IMG/VR virus record: IMGVR_UViG_3300045912_000789
Coordinates: 96,001 to 160,000 of that record
DNA length: 64,000 bases
Strand: one strand, 5' to 3'
DNA from: a virus
Position 1 is the stretch's first letter. Each line of letters opens with the position of its first letter. Shown here piece after piece: positions 47,183 through 56,641 of this stretch. The translations under genes were made by a program, and so were the position numbers. A model generated the notes under the pieces. It was given only the letters and a program-made list of their open reading frames with translations. It did not search any database and had not been told where the DNA came from.

Positions 47183-47469
47183 ACATCATCTCGGAAGCTC
47201 TACGCAACTTGGTGACCTGGACGCAGGCCCCCGACCCCGACACGCTCGCGCCGCTGCTCGCGGCGATGACCGATGGCGATCTTATGCTCGCCATGACCCA
47301 CATGAAGAACGACCCCGCGGGCCGGATCGCCTGGGCCGAGTACGGCCGGCGTCATGGCTACGTCGATTTCCAGATCAGCGCCGTCGTGTCGGAGGGCCGA
47401 CTGACCGTCCGCTTCGAGGGCGACGCCAAGCCCGTCCATCACGGCGCGATCTTCGAGGTGAAGGCGTGA
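47179..47469 (+). CDS. Hypothetical protein
   Basis: ATGA overlap. Confidence 0.5.
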   Translation: MNIISEALRNLVTWTQAPDPDTLAPLLAAMTDGDLMLAMTHMKNDPAGRIAWAEYGRRHGYVDFQISAVVSEGRLTVRFEGDAKPVHHGAIFEVKA

Positions 47470-47942
47470 CGCAGAACATCGGAGGTGCTCTGCTGCGTGT
47501 GCTGGGGGCGGCGGAGCGCGGCAAGGACGAACCGAACCCGGCGTCGACCTCGGACGCGTTCGACATCATCGACGCGATCCTCTCCTCGAAGGAGTTCCGG
47601 TCCAGGTGCCACGCCCTCTCGAACCTCTCCTCCGAGGTTTCGGTCCAGGCACGCAAGGAGACCTGCCGCTCGCTGCTCATCCTCATGACGAGCAAGCGAG
47701 ACCCGCTCGAAGAGCCGCCCACGAAGGACGGCAAGACGGACTTCACCGTCTACGTCAACACGACGCAGGAGTACTGCTCGCTCGCGGCCCCGCGCCCGAA
47801 CACCAGGTGGTCGGCGCACATCGAGGCGAAGTACAAGAAGTCGGCGGCTCCGGAGTGGGTGCGCGTCTCGCCGCATCTAGCGGAGATGATCAGCGCGTTC
47901 GAGGCCCTCTTCGGGATCCGTGGAAGCCTGCTGGTCGGGTGA
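47466..47942 (+). CDS. Hypothetical protein
   Basis: GTGA overlap. Confidence 0.55.
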   Translation: MTQNIGGALLRVLGAAERGKDEPNPASTSDAFDIIDAILSSKEFRSRCHALSNLSSEVSVQARKETCRSLLILMTSKRDPLEEPPTKDGKTDFTVYVNTTQEYCSLAAPRPNTRWSAHIEAKYKKSAAPEWVRVSPHLAEMISAFEALFGIRGSLLVG

Positions 47943-47979
47943 TCGAATCACCTATCAGCAGACACACGGAGGTGCTCAT

Positions 47980-48597
47980 ATGAGCAACGAACACACGAAC
48001 ACCGAATCGAACCCCAGCAACGACCAGCAGAACCGGCGGCACCGGAAGCGGAATCGCCGGCCCCGCACGATGCGGTGGTTCCACGAGAGCAACGTGGGCC
48101 CCGACCACGGCATCGCGAACACGGTCGCGAAGTTCTTCATCAGCACCAGCGACAACCCCGAGATCTTCCTCGTGCTGATGAACCGCGAGGACGTCATCCG
48201 CGAGGACGGCACCGTCGGGCTCAAGCCCATCTACGCCGGTGACATCGAGCGGAACGCGGTCCCGATCTCGATGATCGACCTCGACCAGCTCTACAACACG
48301 CTCGTGACGATGAAGTCGCGGCTGGAGCGGATGAAGGACGATTATCGTGCCCGGGGCAGCCGCACGGCCGTCGAGGCCGGCGTGGCGATCGAGAAGGCGG
48401 TCCTGGAGGCCTTCAACGAGAAGCCCCTCCAGCCGAAGCGTTCGCAGCAGCCCGTGCAGCCGCTGACGCATCGGATGGCCATCCCGAAGAAGCTGGTCGC
48501 CGGCGTGCAGCAGCACGCGCCGGCGCCGCCCGAGCCCATGCAGCAGCCCTCGCCGAGCCCCACCACGGACCTCGCGAGCATGCTGCCGGGCTGGTAG
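47980..48597 (+). CDS. Hypothetical protein with Arg-rich N-terminal motif
   Basis: CTATCAGC motif, RBS GGAGG; NRRHRKRNRRPR. Confidence 0.65.
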   Translation: MSNEHTNTESNPSNDQQNRRHRKRNRRPRTMRWFHESNVGPDHGIANTVAKFFISTSDNPEIFLVLMNREDVIREDGTVGLKPIYAGDIERNAVPISMIDLDQLYNTLVTMKSRLERMKDDYRARGSRTAVEAGVAIEKAVLEAFNEKPLQPKRSQQPVQPLTHRMAIPKKLVAGVQQHAPAPPEPMQQPSPSPTTDLASMLPGW

Positions 48598-48652
48598 CCT
48601 GTACCCTCAACCCTCTCCGGCGGGCGCCCTTGCGCCCGCCTTCCTTTGCCCC

Positions 48653-49147
48653 ATGAACGTCTTCTTCAACTGGCAGCGCATCAGGGAGATCACGGATCTC
48701 TACCTGCTGAAGGCTTCTTCGTCTCTGCGCGAAGGGCTCTTCTTCTTTCCCCACGCGTTCGGCTTCATGGCCAGCGTGGACGAGGAACAGAACGGGCTGC
48801 ACGTCGCAGTCCCGCCCAAGATGGTTCGAGATCGTGCGATGTTCGACGGCTTCGTTCGCTACGTCGCGCACAGTCTTCCTCCGCAGGGACGGATCGAGGC
48901 CGCAGGCTTCCTGGTCCTCCTTCCGCGAGAACTTGCAGCGGAGATCGTAGAGGTCGGTCCTTCGGTCCCCGACGTGAAGCACGACCTCGTGTCGATCTTC
49001 CACGTCGAACACGTGTTCGACGGCGTCCACACCTGGGTGCTCGATCGCCCCGACGGAGAGTGGAAGCTGGTCGCGACGGGTACGCGCAGCACAATCCCGC
49101 CGTGTCTCCCCACGAGGGCGTACGGCAACACCGTGGGGCAGGCATGA
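48653..49147 (+). CDS. Hypothetical protein
   Basis: ORF coupled to dcd. Confidence 0.5.
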   Translation: MNVFFNWQRIREITDLYLLKASSSLREGLFFFPHAFGFMASVDEEQNGLHVAVPPKMVRDRAMFDGFVRYVAHSLPPQGRIEAAGFLVLLPRELAAEIVEVGPSVPDVKHDLVSIFHVEHVFDGVHTWVLDRPDGEWKLVATGTRSTIPPCLPTRAYGNTVGQA

Positions 49148-49743
49148 ATCTGAGCGATACGACGATCAAGTGGCGGTGGCAGGACCTCTTCCCCGCAGGG
49201 CACGGAGAGAACGACTCGATCGACAAGGACGTGCAGATCCAACCCTCGACGGTGGATCTCCGGCTCGGTCGGGTCTTCTACGTCCGCAAGGATCCGATGC
49301 TCACGCCCGGGATGATCGACCCCCGCACCTCGGACTCGACGAAGTACTTCGAGCGCATCGAGATGGAGGAGGGTAAGCCGATCATCATGTACCCCGGCCT
49401 GGCGGGGTTCATGCTCGGGCAGACGATGGAGTACGTCTCGATCCCTCCGGACCTCGTCGGCTTCGTCGATGGGCGCAGCAGCTACGGTCGCTGGGGCCTG
49501 CGCATCCACAGCACTGCGGGCCTCATCGACGCGGGGTTCCGAGGGATCATCACCCTGGAGATCTCGCTGGACGGACAGCACCTGATGGAGCTGCATCCCG
49601 GCGAACGGATCTGCCAGATCCGCTTCGAGAAGCTGGACCAGCCGTCCCGGCGCCCGTACGGGCACGAGACGCGCCGGTCGAAGTACCAGAACCAGACCGG
49701 GACTACCCCGAGTCTGTCGAACAAGGACGGAGAACACACATGA
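49144..49743 (+). CDS. dcd: dCTP deaminase
   Basis: IQPSTVDLRLG; GRSSYGRWGL; AGLIDAGFRGIITLE; GERICQI; KYQNQ. Confidence 0.9.
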   Translation: MNLSDTTIKWRWQDLFPAGHGENDSIDKDVQIQPSTVDLRLGRVFYVRKDPMLTPGMIDPRTSDSTKYFERIEMEEGKPIIMYPGLAGFMLGQTMEYVSIPPDLVGFVDGRSSYGRWGLRIHSTAGLIDAGFRGIITLEISLDGQHLMELHPGERICQIRFEKLDQPSRRPYGHETRRSKYQNQTGTTPSLSNKDGEHT

Positions 49744-50303
49744 GCGATGCGAACGAAGGGAAGCCCGTGTACGTCGACGAGGTCACCAAGCTCAAGAACG
49801 AGCTGGCGGGCAAGCAGGCGGCGATCAACGAGTTCCTCCGAGGTCTCCAGGACAAGGACATGGAGATCAAGAGGCTCATCGAGCAGCGCGGCAGACGAGA
49901 CGATTGCATCGAGAACCTGGAGAAGCTCACCCGCAACCAGAAGCGAACCGAGGCGGAGCTGCTGCGGCGCGAGCGCCTGGCCCATCTGCTCGTCGACCAG
50001 GTGACGCAGCTTCTGTACGAGCTGCACGAGGAGCTGTCCGGCGAGGAGTACCAGAAGATCGAGAAGATCAAGGCCCTCACCGCCCGCATGCAGCGCCTCA
50101 TCATGCCCACCGCGCAGATCAACCTGCTCGACTTCTCGATGCAGCTCCGCGCCTGGACCAAGGACGACGAGGAGTTCAAGAAGCGCCTCGCGGACATGGG
50201 CTTCAGCGAGTGGGAGACGATCACTGCGGACCTCAGCAAGTCCTTCCACCTCGAACCCGAACCGGACCCCCAGCAGACCCTCAACTTCACCGGCACGAGA
50301 TGA
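49740..50303 (+). CDS. Coiled-coil hypothetical protein
   Basis: RBS GGAG, ATGA overlaps. Confidence 0.6.
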   Translation: MSDANEGKPVYVDEVTKLKNELAGKQAAINEFLRGLQDKDMEIKRLIEQRGRRDDCIENLEKLTRNQKRTEAELLRRERLAHLLVDQVTQLLYELHEELSGEEYQKIEKIKALTARMQRLIMPTAQINLLDFSMQLRAWTKDDEEFKKRLADMGFSEWETITADLSKSFHLEPEPDPQQTLNFTGTR

Positions 50304-51658
50304 ACATCTACATCCGAGACGATCTTCCTCCGGAGAGCTTGGCCATGCTCCAGGCTCTCTACTCCCGCTCGCCGGCCTCGGTCGTCGAGCACATCAAGAA
50401 GGTCGAAGCGGTCGGCGCCGATCGCTTCATGAAGAACTACTACGTGGGCTACGGCCACCGCAGCATCGGCGACTGCGGGAGCACCACGCTCTTCGTCGAG
50501 GGCGTCTCCATGCTCGCGGCGAAGGCGATCCAGGATTGGCCGCTCTACCGCGGTCAGGAGGCCTCGACCCGCTACATGGACTTCTCCACCGTCAAGATCG
50601 AGGATCCGGTCGGTACGCTGGGCAGCCGTGAGATCCAGGACGCGTGGATGACCTTCTACCACGCGGCCCCGGACGCCGTACGTCAGCACCTGCTGGAGAA
50701 GTACCCCCGCCAGCCCGACGAGAAGGAGGACGTCTACGAGCGTGCGATCAACGCCCGCAAGTTCGACATCCTTCGCGCGTTCCTGCCCGCCGGGGCCACC
50801 ACGAACCTCTCGTGGCACGTGGACCTGCGCCAGGCGGACGACCACCTGAAGTGGCTCACCGAGCACCCGGATCCGACGATTCGCCAGCTCTCGTACAAGA
50901 TCCAGGACGCGCTCGACGAGAAGTACCCGTCGAGCTTCATCGAGCCCGAGGAGCCCGACGAGAAGAAGCGCCTCGCGCGAGAGCAGGCGAACGAGGCAGC
51001 GCGCGCGTGGCGGGGTCAGATGGCCGACCGCTACACCTACTTCGACGACGACATCCATCTCGCGCACGACCCGAAGCCTCGGCCGGTCTCGGTGCAGACG
51101 TCGATCCACGACTACCACCTCCACGAGGTCGCGGATCTTCTCGCGTCGCGTCCGCGGCGCGCCGAGCTGCCGCCGTGGATGTCGAAGTACGGGACGCTCC
51201 GGTCGAGCTTCCTCCTCGACTTCGGCTCGTTCCGGGATCTCCAGCGCCACCGCAACGGCGTCGTCCGGATGCCGCTGCTCACCACGCGCTGGGGCTTCCA
51301 CGCGTGGTACCTCTCCGAGCTACCCGAGGCGCTCGTCAAGGAGGCGAAGCGTCTGGTCGAGGTCCAGAAGACCCGGCTGCGTGCACTCGATCTCTCGGGG
51401 GTCCCGAAGGTCGTCCAGCAGTACTACTGCGCGATGGGCTTCATGGTGGCCTGCGAGGTGACCCAGCCGCTGCCGGCGTGGGTCTACCGAGTCGAGCTGC
51501 GCACGAGCCCCAGCGTGCACCCCACGCTGCGGTCGGTGACGCAGGAGGAGGCGCGCCAGTTCAAGGAGCGCTTCCCCAAGATCGCACTGCACGCGGACAT
51601 GAGCCCGGACACCTGGGACACCCGCCGCGGGAAGCAGACGATCATCGAGAAGGCGTGA
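50300..51658 (+). CDS. thyX: FAD-dependent thymidylate synthase (long tandem-domain ThyX)
   Basis: YYVGYGHRSIGD; QEASTRY; FDILRAFLP; FRDLQRHR; ELRT. Confidence 0.85.
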   Translation: MNIYIRDDLPPESLAMLQALYSRSPASVVEHIKKVEAVGADRFMKNYYVGYGHRSIGDCGSTTLFVEGVSMLAAKAIQDWPLYRGQEASTRYMDFSTVKIEDPVGTLGSREIQDAWMTFYHAAPDAVRQHLLEKYPRQPDEKEDVYERAINARKFDILRAFLPAGATTNLSWHVDLRQADDHLKWLTEHPDPTIRQLSYKIQDALDEKYPSSFIEPEEPDEKKRLAREQANEAARAWRGQMADRYTYFDDDIHLAHDPKPRPVSVQTSIHDYHLHEVADLLASRPRRAELPPWMSKYGTLRSSFLLDFGSFRDLQRHRNGVVRMPLLTTRWGFHAWYLSELPEALVKEAKRLVEVQKTRLRALDLSGVPKVVQQYYCAMGFMVACEVTQPLPAWVYRVELRTSPSVHPTLRSVTQEEARQFKERFPKIALHADMSPDTWDTRRGKQTIIEKA

Positions 51659-51718
51659 ACCAGCACGCCCAAGGTGCTATAAGCATGTGAGCGCGTGAGA
51701 CTGGTCTCTCGCGCTTCT

Positions 51719-52124
51719 GGGCCTGTAACGGTTTCGACGTGGTGATCGACGACTGTGTAGCGTGCCGGGGTTGATCGGTGGGCCCCGTTATCAAGCCGAT
51801 CGTCTGTAGCTGCGAACGACAACAGCTACGCTCCGGCCGCTCTCGCGGCCTGAGCCGTTCGGGTGAGGAGGCCGGCGGCCTCACCCGGGCGTCATTCAGC
51901 CGGAGCAACCTGCGCGGCGCACTCGGTGCGCAGGCCAAGGCAGTAGACCCGAGCGCTGGTGGAGGGCACACGAATCACCGTGCGCCCCTCCGCGAGCCTG
52001 ATCGAGGCATGAGACGCGGGCGCCCTACGGGGCCAAGGTTCTCGGAATCCTCAAGTATCGATCTACGCACGTAGACGCACAGAAGAAGGCATCACGGACC
52101 CGGGTTCGACTCCCGGCGGGTCCA
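51719..52124 (+). ncRNA. ssrA: tmRNA; tag peptide ANDNSYAPAALAA* at 51812-51853
   Basis: Acceptor stem GGGCCTG / CGGGTCC with G3:U70, discriminator A, T-arm CCGGG-TTCGACT-CCCGG, helix CGTGGTG / CATCACG, canonical AND...LAA tag. Confidence 0.93.
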
Positions 52125-52322
52125 TCAACGAAGGGAGGGTAGGATCATGCGCTCCGCCGGCTAAACCCGGCGATCACAACGCCCATCCCGCGAGGGGCCC
52201 ACCGGCGCAGCCGGCTCGGGCCCTTCGTCTTTCGTCCTATCAGATCGTGGAGGGGGACCGCGCACAGCTCTCCTCGGAGCCCAGCTCCCTGGTGCGCGGT
52301 CTCCCTCTGCTGAAAGGACGCC

Positions 52323-52634
52323 ATGAAGTACAACAATGTAGCGATCATCCCGGAGCCCGGGCTGGATGGGATGTCGTACCCGGTGCGCCGGATCGGCCTG
52401 GCACTGGGCTTCGGCAGCAAGGGAGGCAACCTCTCCCACCACATCAACGGGAAGTACAAGAAGATCTTCCGGAAGGACCTGCACTACACCGTGCGGTCGC
52501 ACCGCATGATCTACATGCCGATCGGCCCGCTCCTCACGCTGCTCGGGCTCGTCTCTCACGACGAGCCGAAGTACGCTGCGGCTGTCCTTCGCTTCCTCCC
52601 GAAGCTGCTCGCCTACCACAAGGAGATCGCGTGA
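52323..52634 (+). CDS. Hypothetical protein (possible Bro/antirepressor-like DNA-binding)
   Basis: RBS AAGGA; YPVRRIGLALGF. Confidence 0.55.
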   Translation: MKYNNVAIIPEPGLDGMSYPVRRIGLALGFGSKGGNLSHHINGKYKKIFRKDLHYTVRSHRMIYMPIGPLLTLLGLVSHDEPKYAAAVLRFLPKLLAYHKEIA

Positions 52635-53551
52635 ACGTCACCTACATCGCCCGGAACGGCAAGGCCGGGTTCAAGTCCTCGGGCACCGGCCCGCTCCCCC
52701 CGCCGATCGGCGGACGCCACATCGACAAGACCCTCTGGCTGGTGTCGCAGCTCGAAATGCCCTCGGGCTTCGGCAGCATCCAGAACTGCCACGACAAGGC
52801 CGTGATGTCGGCCGGCATGCTGCACCACATCGCGGTGGTGCCGAAGCAGATGACCCAGGGCTCGCTGTGGAAGCTCCTGATGCGCATGCGCAGCAGCAAC
52901 AGCGAGGCCGTCGTCGCTCTCTACGATCGCCTGGAGAAGAAGAAGAACTGGCAGATCGGTCGGGACGGCGTTCTGCGCGACATGAAGACCGGGGCCGCCG
53001 TCACCGGCCGCGCCATCATGAACGAGATCACGCAGAGCGACGATGCCGTGGTTCCTCCGCCCGGGGAGCCGGGTCACGCGGTCGCGAAGGAGTGGGCGCA
53101 GATGTTCGCTGCGGCGTTCGCCGACTCCTCCACCTACGCCATCCAGGAGGCGTTCGCGGCCGAGTGGATGCTCCAGAGCTACATGGCCGAGGAGACCGTG
53201 GGGTACGTCCGGGCGACCGGCGAGAAGGGCATCACCAGCGCCATCGCGGCCCACCGCACGGACCTCGTGCCGTACGCGGATCTCACGATGGCGGTCTACC
53301 ACTCCTTCAGCGCGAACGCGCCGTCGGTGGCGAAGCAGTGCCTCGTCGAGATGAACTCGAAGACCGGTCTGAAGCCGTTCGAGTGGTGCCAGGCGCTGGT
53401 CAAGAAGCTCGGCACGCGGAAGTACAAGAACTGGGCCGATCGCGAGGACAACACCTCGCGCTACGACCGCACGCGCCTGGCTGCCCACCGCTCGGGCATC
53501 TGGGATCCCGCCACCGTGATCGCCGTCATGCCGGAGAACTTCCGTGGCTGA
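52631..53551 (+). CDS. Putative lysozyme-fold peptidoglycan hydrolase
   Basis: VSQLE..SGFGSIQNCHDKAVMSAGMLH resembles the E...N.xD...S.G..Q lysozyme-like motif. Confidence 0.4.
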   Translation: MNVTYIARNGKAGFKSSGTGPLPPPIGGRHIDKTLWLVSQLEMPSGFGSIQNCHDKAVMSAGMLHHIAVVPKQMTQGSLWKLLMRMRSSNSEAVVALYDRLEKKKNWQIGRDGVLRDMKTGAAVTGRAIMNEITQSDDAVVPPPGEPGHAVAKEWAQMFAAAFADSSTYAIQEAFAAEWMLQSYMAEETVGYVRATGEKGITSAIAAHRTDLVPYADLTMAVYHSFSANAPSVAKQCLVEMNSKTGLKPFEWCQALVKKLGTRKYKNWADREDNTSRYDRTRLAAHRSGIWDPATVIAVMPENFRG

Positions 53552-53765
53552 GACGGCGGACTTCCCCGGCTGCGTCGTGGTCGGAGATCACGGCAAGACC
53601 CTGATGATCAAGGTGCCGCTCAACAAGGACGGCACCAAGACGAAGACCGTGTCGATCCCCAAGTCGCAGATCGACGACGACAGCGAAGTCTACGACGCCG
53701 ACAAGAACAGCACCGGCAAGCTCATCATCCCGATGTGGCTGGCCGAGGATAGAGGACTGATCTGA
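53544..53765 (+). CDS. Small phage protein
   Basis: IPKSQI...IPMWLAEDRGL pattern common in phage small beta proteins. Confidence 0.65.
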   Translation: MAETADFPGCVVVGDHGKTLMIKVPLNKDGTKTKTVSIPKSQIDDDSEVYDADKNSTGKLIIPMWLAEDRGLI

Positions 53766-54370
53766 TGAGGACCGAGAGGATCTACCTGGCGTCGAGCTGG
53801 CGCAACATCTACCAGCCTGACCTGATCACCATGCTCCGCAGCAACGGGTTCGAGGTCTACGACTTCCGCAACCCGCAGACCGGCGGCCCCCAGGGCTACC
53901 GCACGCCCGCGCAGGGCTTCTCCTGGCGTCAGGTCGACGCGGACTGGGGCCGCAGTCGGGAGAACCTGCTCCACCGCTACCGCGAGATGCTGAAGCATCC
54001 CGTGGCGCAGGAGGGCTTCGAGTCCGACTTCAACGCCATGAAGTGGGCGGACACCTGCGTGATCGCTTTGCCCTCGGGTCGCAGCGCGCACCTGGAGTGC
54101 GGCTGGATGGCCGGTGCCGGCAAGAAGATCGTCGTCTACATGCCGCCGGCGACGCAGATCTGCGTGGAGTGCCGGGGCAGCAACTGGGTCGCCGGCAACG
54201 ACTTCATGCGCAACGACCAGTGCAAGCCCTGCGAGGGCACCGGTCACCAGCTCCTCTGGAACTTCGAGCCCGAGCTGATGTACATGATCGGAGACAGCAA
54301 CCCCGACAACGTGCTCGCGTTCAGCCACGACGAGATGCTGAGGCTGCTCCGCGGCACGGAGGCAACATGA
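53765..54370 (+). CDS. Nucleoside 2-deoxyribosyltransferase-like protein with Zn-finger insert
   Basis: IYLASSWRN; DFNAMKWAD; LPSGRSAHLECG; CVECRG...CKPCEGTG. Confidence 0.7.
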   Translation: MRTERIYLASSWRNIYQPDLITMLRSNGFEVYDFRNPQTGGPQGYRTPAQGFSWRQVDADWGRSRENLLHRYREMLKHPVAQEGFESDFNAMKWADTCVIALPSGRSAHLECGWMAGAGKKIVVYMPPATQICVECRGSNWVAGNDFMRNDQCKPCEGTGHQLLWNFEPELMYMIGDSNPDNVLAFSHDEMLRLLRGTEAT

Positions 54371-54756
54371 AGACGATCAAGGAGTACTCGCCCTACATCG
54401 TGGAGGCGTGGGCGGTCTGGGAGGTGATGCGCAAGCTCGGCTTCAAGGCCGACGACATCTACTGGATCTTCGGCAACACGCTGAACGCGAATCCGGCCCC
54501 CGGCATGGCTCTCAACATCGTGCTGCGTACGCAGGGCAAGGAGCTGTCCGTGACCTGCTCGATGCGCCTCACCGACGACGAGGCGAAGAAGTTGGAGGAG
54601 GACTCGCGAGAGTTCCAGGAGACGCTGAACGCCGGCAAGTTCGACGAGGCCGACCTCACCGAGCACCTCCACAAGTCGTACGTCTGGACGAACAAGGAGC
54701 GCTTCCTGCTCGTCCTCAAGGCGAAGGGGTTCGAGTACCCCTTCAAGCTGAACTGA
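54367..54756 (+). CDS. Hypothetical protein
   Basis: RBS GGAGG, ATGA overlap. Confidence 0.6.
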   Translation: MKTIKEYSPYIVEAWAVWEVMRKLGFKADDIYWIFGNTLNANPAPGMALNIVLRTQGKELSVTCSMRLTDDEAKKLEEDSREFQETLNAGKFDEADLTEHLHKSYVWTNKERFLLVLKAKGFEYPFKLN

Positions 54757-54758
54757 TC

Positions 54759-55163
54759 ATGGGCAACCCCCGTGATCTCTGGCGTCCGAAGTACCCCGAG
54801 CGCGAGGGCGGTCAGTGCGCCGGCTGCCCGTTCGGGAAGGACAACGACAAGCAGTTCGGTACGATCCTGAGCCACATCAGGAAGAAGGCTGGCGACGATA
54901 CGCCGATCACGAAGGTGGACATCGCTGCCGCGCGCATCCAGGTGCAGATGGAGCGCGAGACCATGGGCGGCGACTTCATCTGCCACGCGACGGCGTACGG
55001 GCCGGGCACTGAACTGAACGATCAGTCCGAGTTCAGGCAGTGCCCCGGCGCGTCGGAGTACTACCGGAACCTGCCGGTTCCCTCCTATCAGCGTAAGGAG
55101 GACCATGGCAGACGATCAGGTGGTGAAGTACCTCGACGAAGACGACTTCGTTCGGGCTCCTGA
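54759..55163 (+). CDS. Cys-motif hypothetical protein
   Basis: CAGCPF...FICH...CPG. Confidence 0.55.
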   Translation: MGNPRDLWRPKYPEREGGQCAGCPFGKDNDKQFGTILSHIRKKAGDDTPITKVDIAAARIQVQMERETMGGDFICHATAYGPGTELNDQSEFRQCPGASEYYRNLPVPSYQRKEDHGRRSGGEVPRRRRLRSGS

Positions 55164-55509
55164 GCCATTCAATCACATCGTTGCCAGCCCCGTCTTCAGC
55201 CCCGTCTGGGGGCGGGGCTGGCTCGGGTACACCGTCGTCGGAGACCAGATCGATCTCTGGTTCGTGTACGGTGATCGTAGCGGCGCCAGGCTGCTCGACT
55301 ACCTCAACCTGATGACGTACAACGATCGCCAGAACAGTCAGCTCTGGATGATCCTGGTGGGGGCGAAGTCGTGGGACGACGGGTACCACGACGAGGTTCG
55401 TCATCAGACGCTGACGTTTTTGCTGAACCCGCCCGAGGACAGTGTAGTGTTCCGGGTACCGGCTGGGCTGACACAGGCCCTGAAGGACATCGAACGTGAC
55501 CACCGATGA
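55105..55509 (+). CDS. Hypothetical protein
   Basis: CTATCAGC plus AAGGAGG RBS. Confidence 0.6.
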   Translation: MADDQVVKYLDEDDFVRAPEPFNHIVASPVFSPVWGRGWLGYTVVGDQIDLWFVYGDRSGARLLDYLNLMTYNDRQNSQLWMILVGAKSWDDGYHDEVRHQTLTFLLNPPEDSVVFRVPAGLTQALKDIERDHR

Positions 55510-56641
55510 GATCGATCTGGGCGGCAGAGACAAGGCCTCGTCCGAGGCTGCGGCTCTCGACGCCGACAAGCTGATCACCGTCAAGGGCGAGATCATCGAC
55601 CTCTCCAAGAAGTTCTGGAGGGAAGGCTGGGGCTTCGGCAAGGTGAAGCCCCGTGGCGCGGATCCCATCCGCATCACCGGCATTCTCCAGGGCTTCCAGG
55701 TCGGACAGCTCGTGTCGATCGTGGGCAAGTACCACGAGGGCCGGTATGGGGTGGAGCTGCGCGTCGAGACCATCGTCGTCGAGGATCCCACGGACCAGCG
55801 CGGCATCCGCCAGTGGCTCATCGACCGCATCCCACAGATCGGTCCGAAGCGGGCCGAAGAGGTGGCGCGGCGGTTCGGTGACAAGATCTGGGAGGTGCTC
55901 GACACCACGCCGTACTTCCTGACTGAGGTGGATGGCATCACCGCTGGGCGCGTCGACGAGATCGTCCGTGCCTGGAACGAGCACAAGAAGGAGCGCGAGA
56001 AGTACGTGCCCTTCTACGACCTCGGGCTCAGCCATCGGGAGGCGAAGGCCGCTGCCAAGGCCGAGGTCTCCGTGGAGGAGATCGTGGCCGACCCGTTTGT
56101 GCTCTACCTGCGGGTGCCCGGCATCAGCTTCGCGCGCAACGACATCATCGCGGCGCGCGCGAACAGCGCTCGCACGGCCCCGAGCCGGCTTGCTGCCGCG
56201 GCCATCCAGGTCGTGAAGGATGCGGCCTACGACGGCCACACCGGCGTCGACGAGGAGTACATCGTCGAGCATGCTGCGGCGCTCGCCGGGATCCCCCACT
56301 CGAAGGCGCGGGAAGGGCTCGGCTCGGCCATTCGAGGAGAGTTCTTGTCGGTCAGCGAGGAGGACGGCATGATCATGCTGCCGAAGTACTCGAAGGCCGA
56401 GGCTGGTATCGCAGCCAAGATCGAACACCTACTGAACCCCGAAGAGGCACATGGACACGATCACCCTCGACCCCACGCAGGAGGAGGCAGTCAAGATGAT
56501 GCTCACGCAGAAGGTGGGCATCGTGACGGGCGGGCCGGGGACTGGGAAGAGCACGATCCTTCACAGCTTCCTGGACCGTTCGACGGCGAAGCACGTGGCG
56601 CTGGTGGCGCCGACTGGGAAGGCAGCGAAGAGGATCGCTGA
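55496..56641 (+). CDS. RecD2-like helicase, N-terminal part (OB and HhH domains)
   Basis: IPQIGPKRAEEVARRFG; EVDGITAGR; DPFVLYLRVPGISFARND; DGHT. The last ~63 aa overlap the next ORF out of frame. Confidence 0.8.
   Translation: MTTDEIDLGGRDKASSEAAALDADKLITVKGEIIDLSKKFWREGWGFGKVKPRGADPIRITGILQGFQVGQLVSIVGKYHEGRYGVELRVETIVVEDPTDQRGIRQWLIDRIPQIGPKRAEEVARRFGDKIWEVLDTTPYFLTEVDGITAGRVDEIVRAWNEHKKEREKYVPFYDLGLSHREAKAAAKAEVSVEEIVADPFVLYLRVPGISFARNDIIAARANSARTAPSRLAAAAIQVVKDAAYDGHTGVDEEYIVEHAAALAGIPHSKAREGLGSAIRGEFLSVSEEDGMIMLPKYSKAEAGIAAKIEHLLNPEEAHGHDHPRPHAGGGSQDDAHAEGGHRDGRAGDWEEHDPSQLPGPFDGEARGAGGADWEGSEEDR

Noticed and set aside
52090-52127. Stand-alone tRNA or prophage attachment site
   Set aside because: The T-arm belongs to the tmRNA. 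No duplicated 3' fragment, integrase or host-phage junction is visible.
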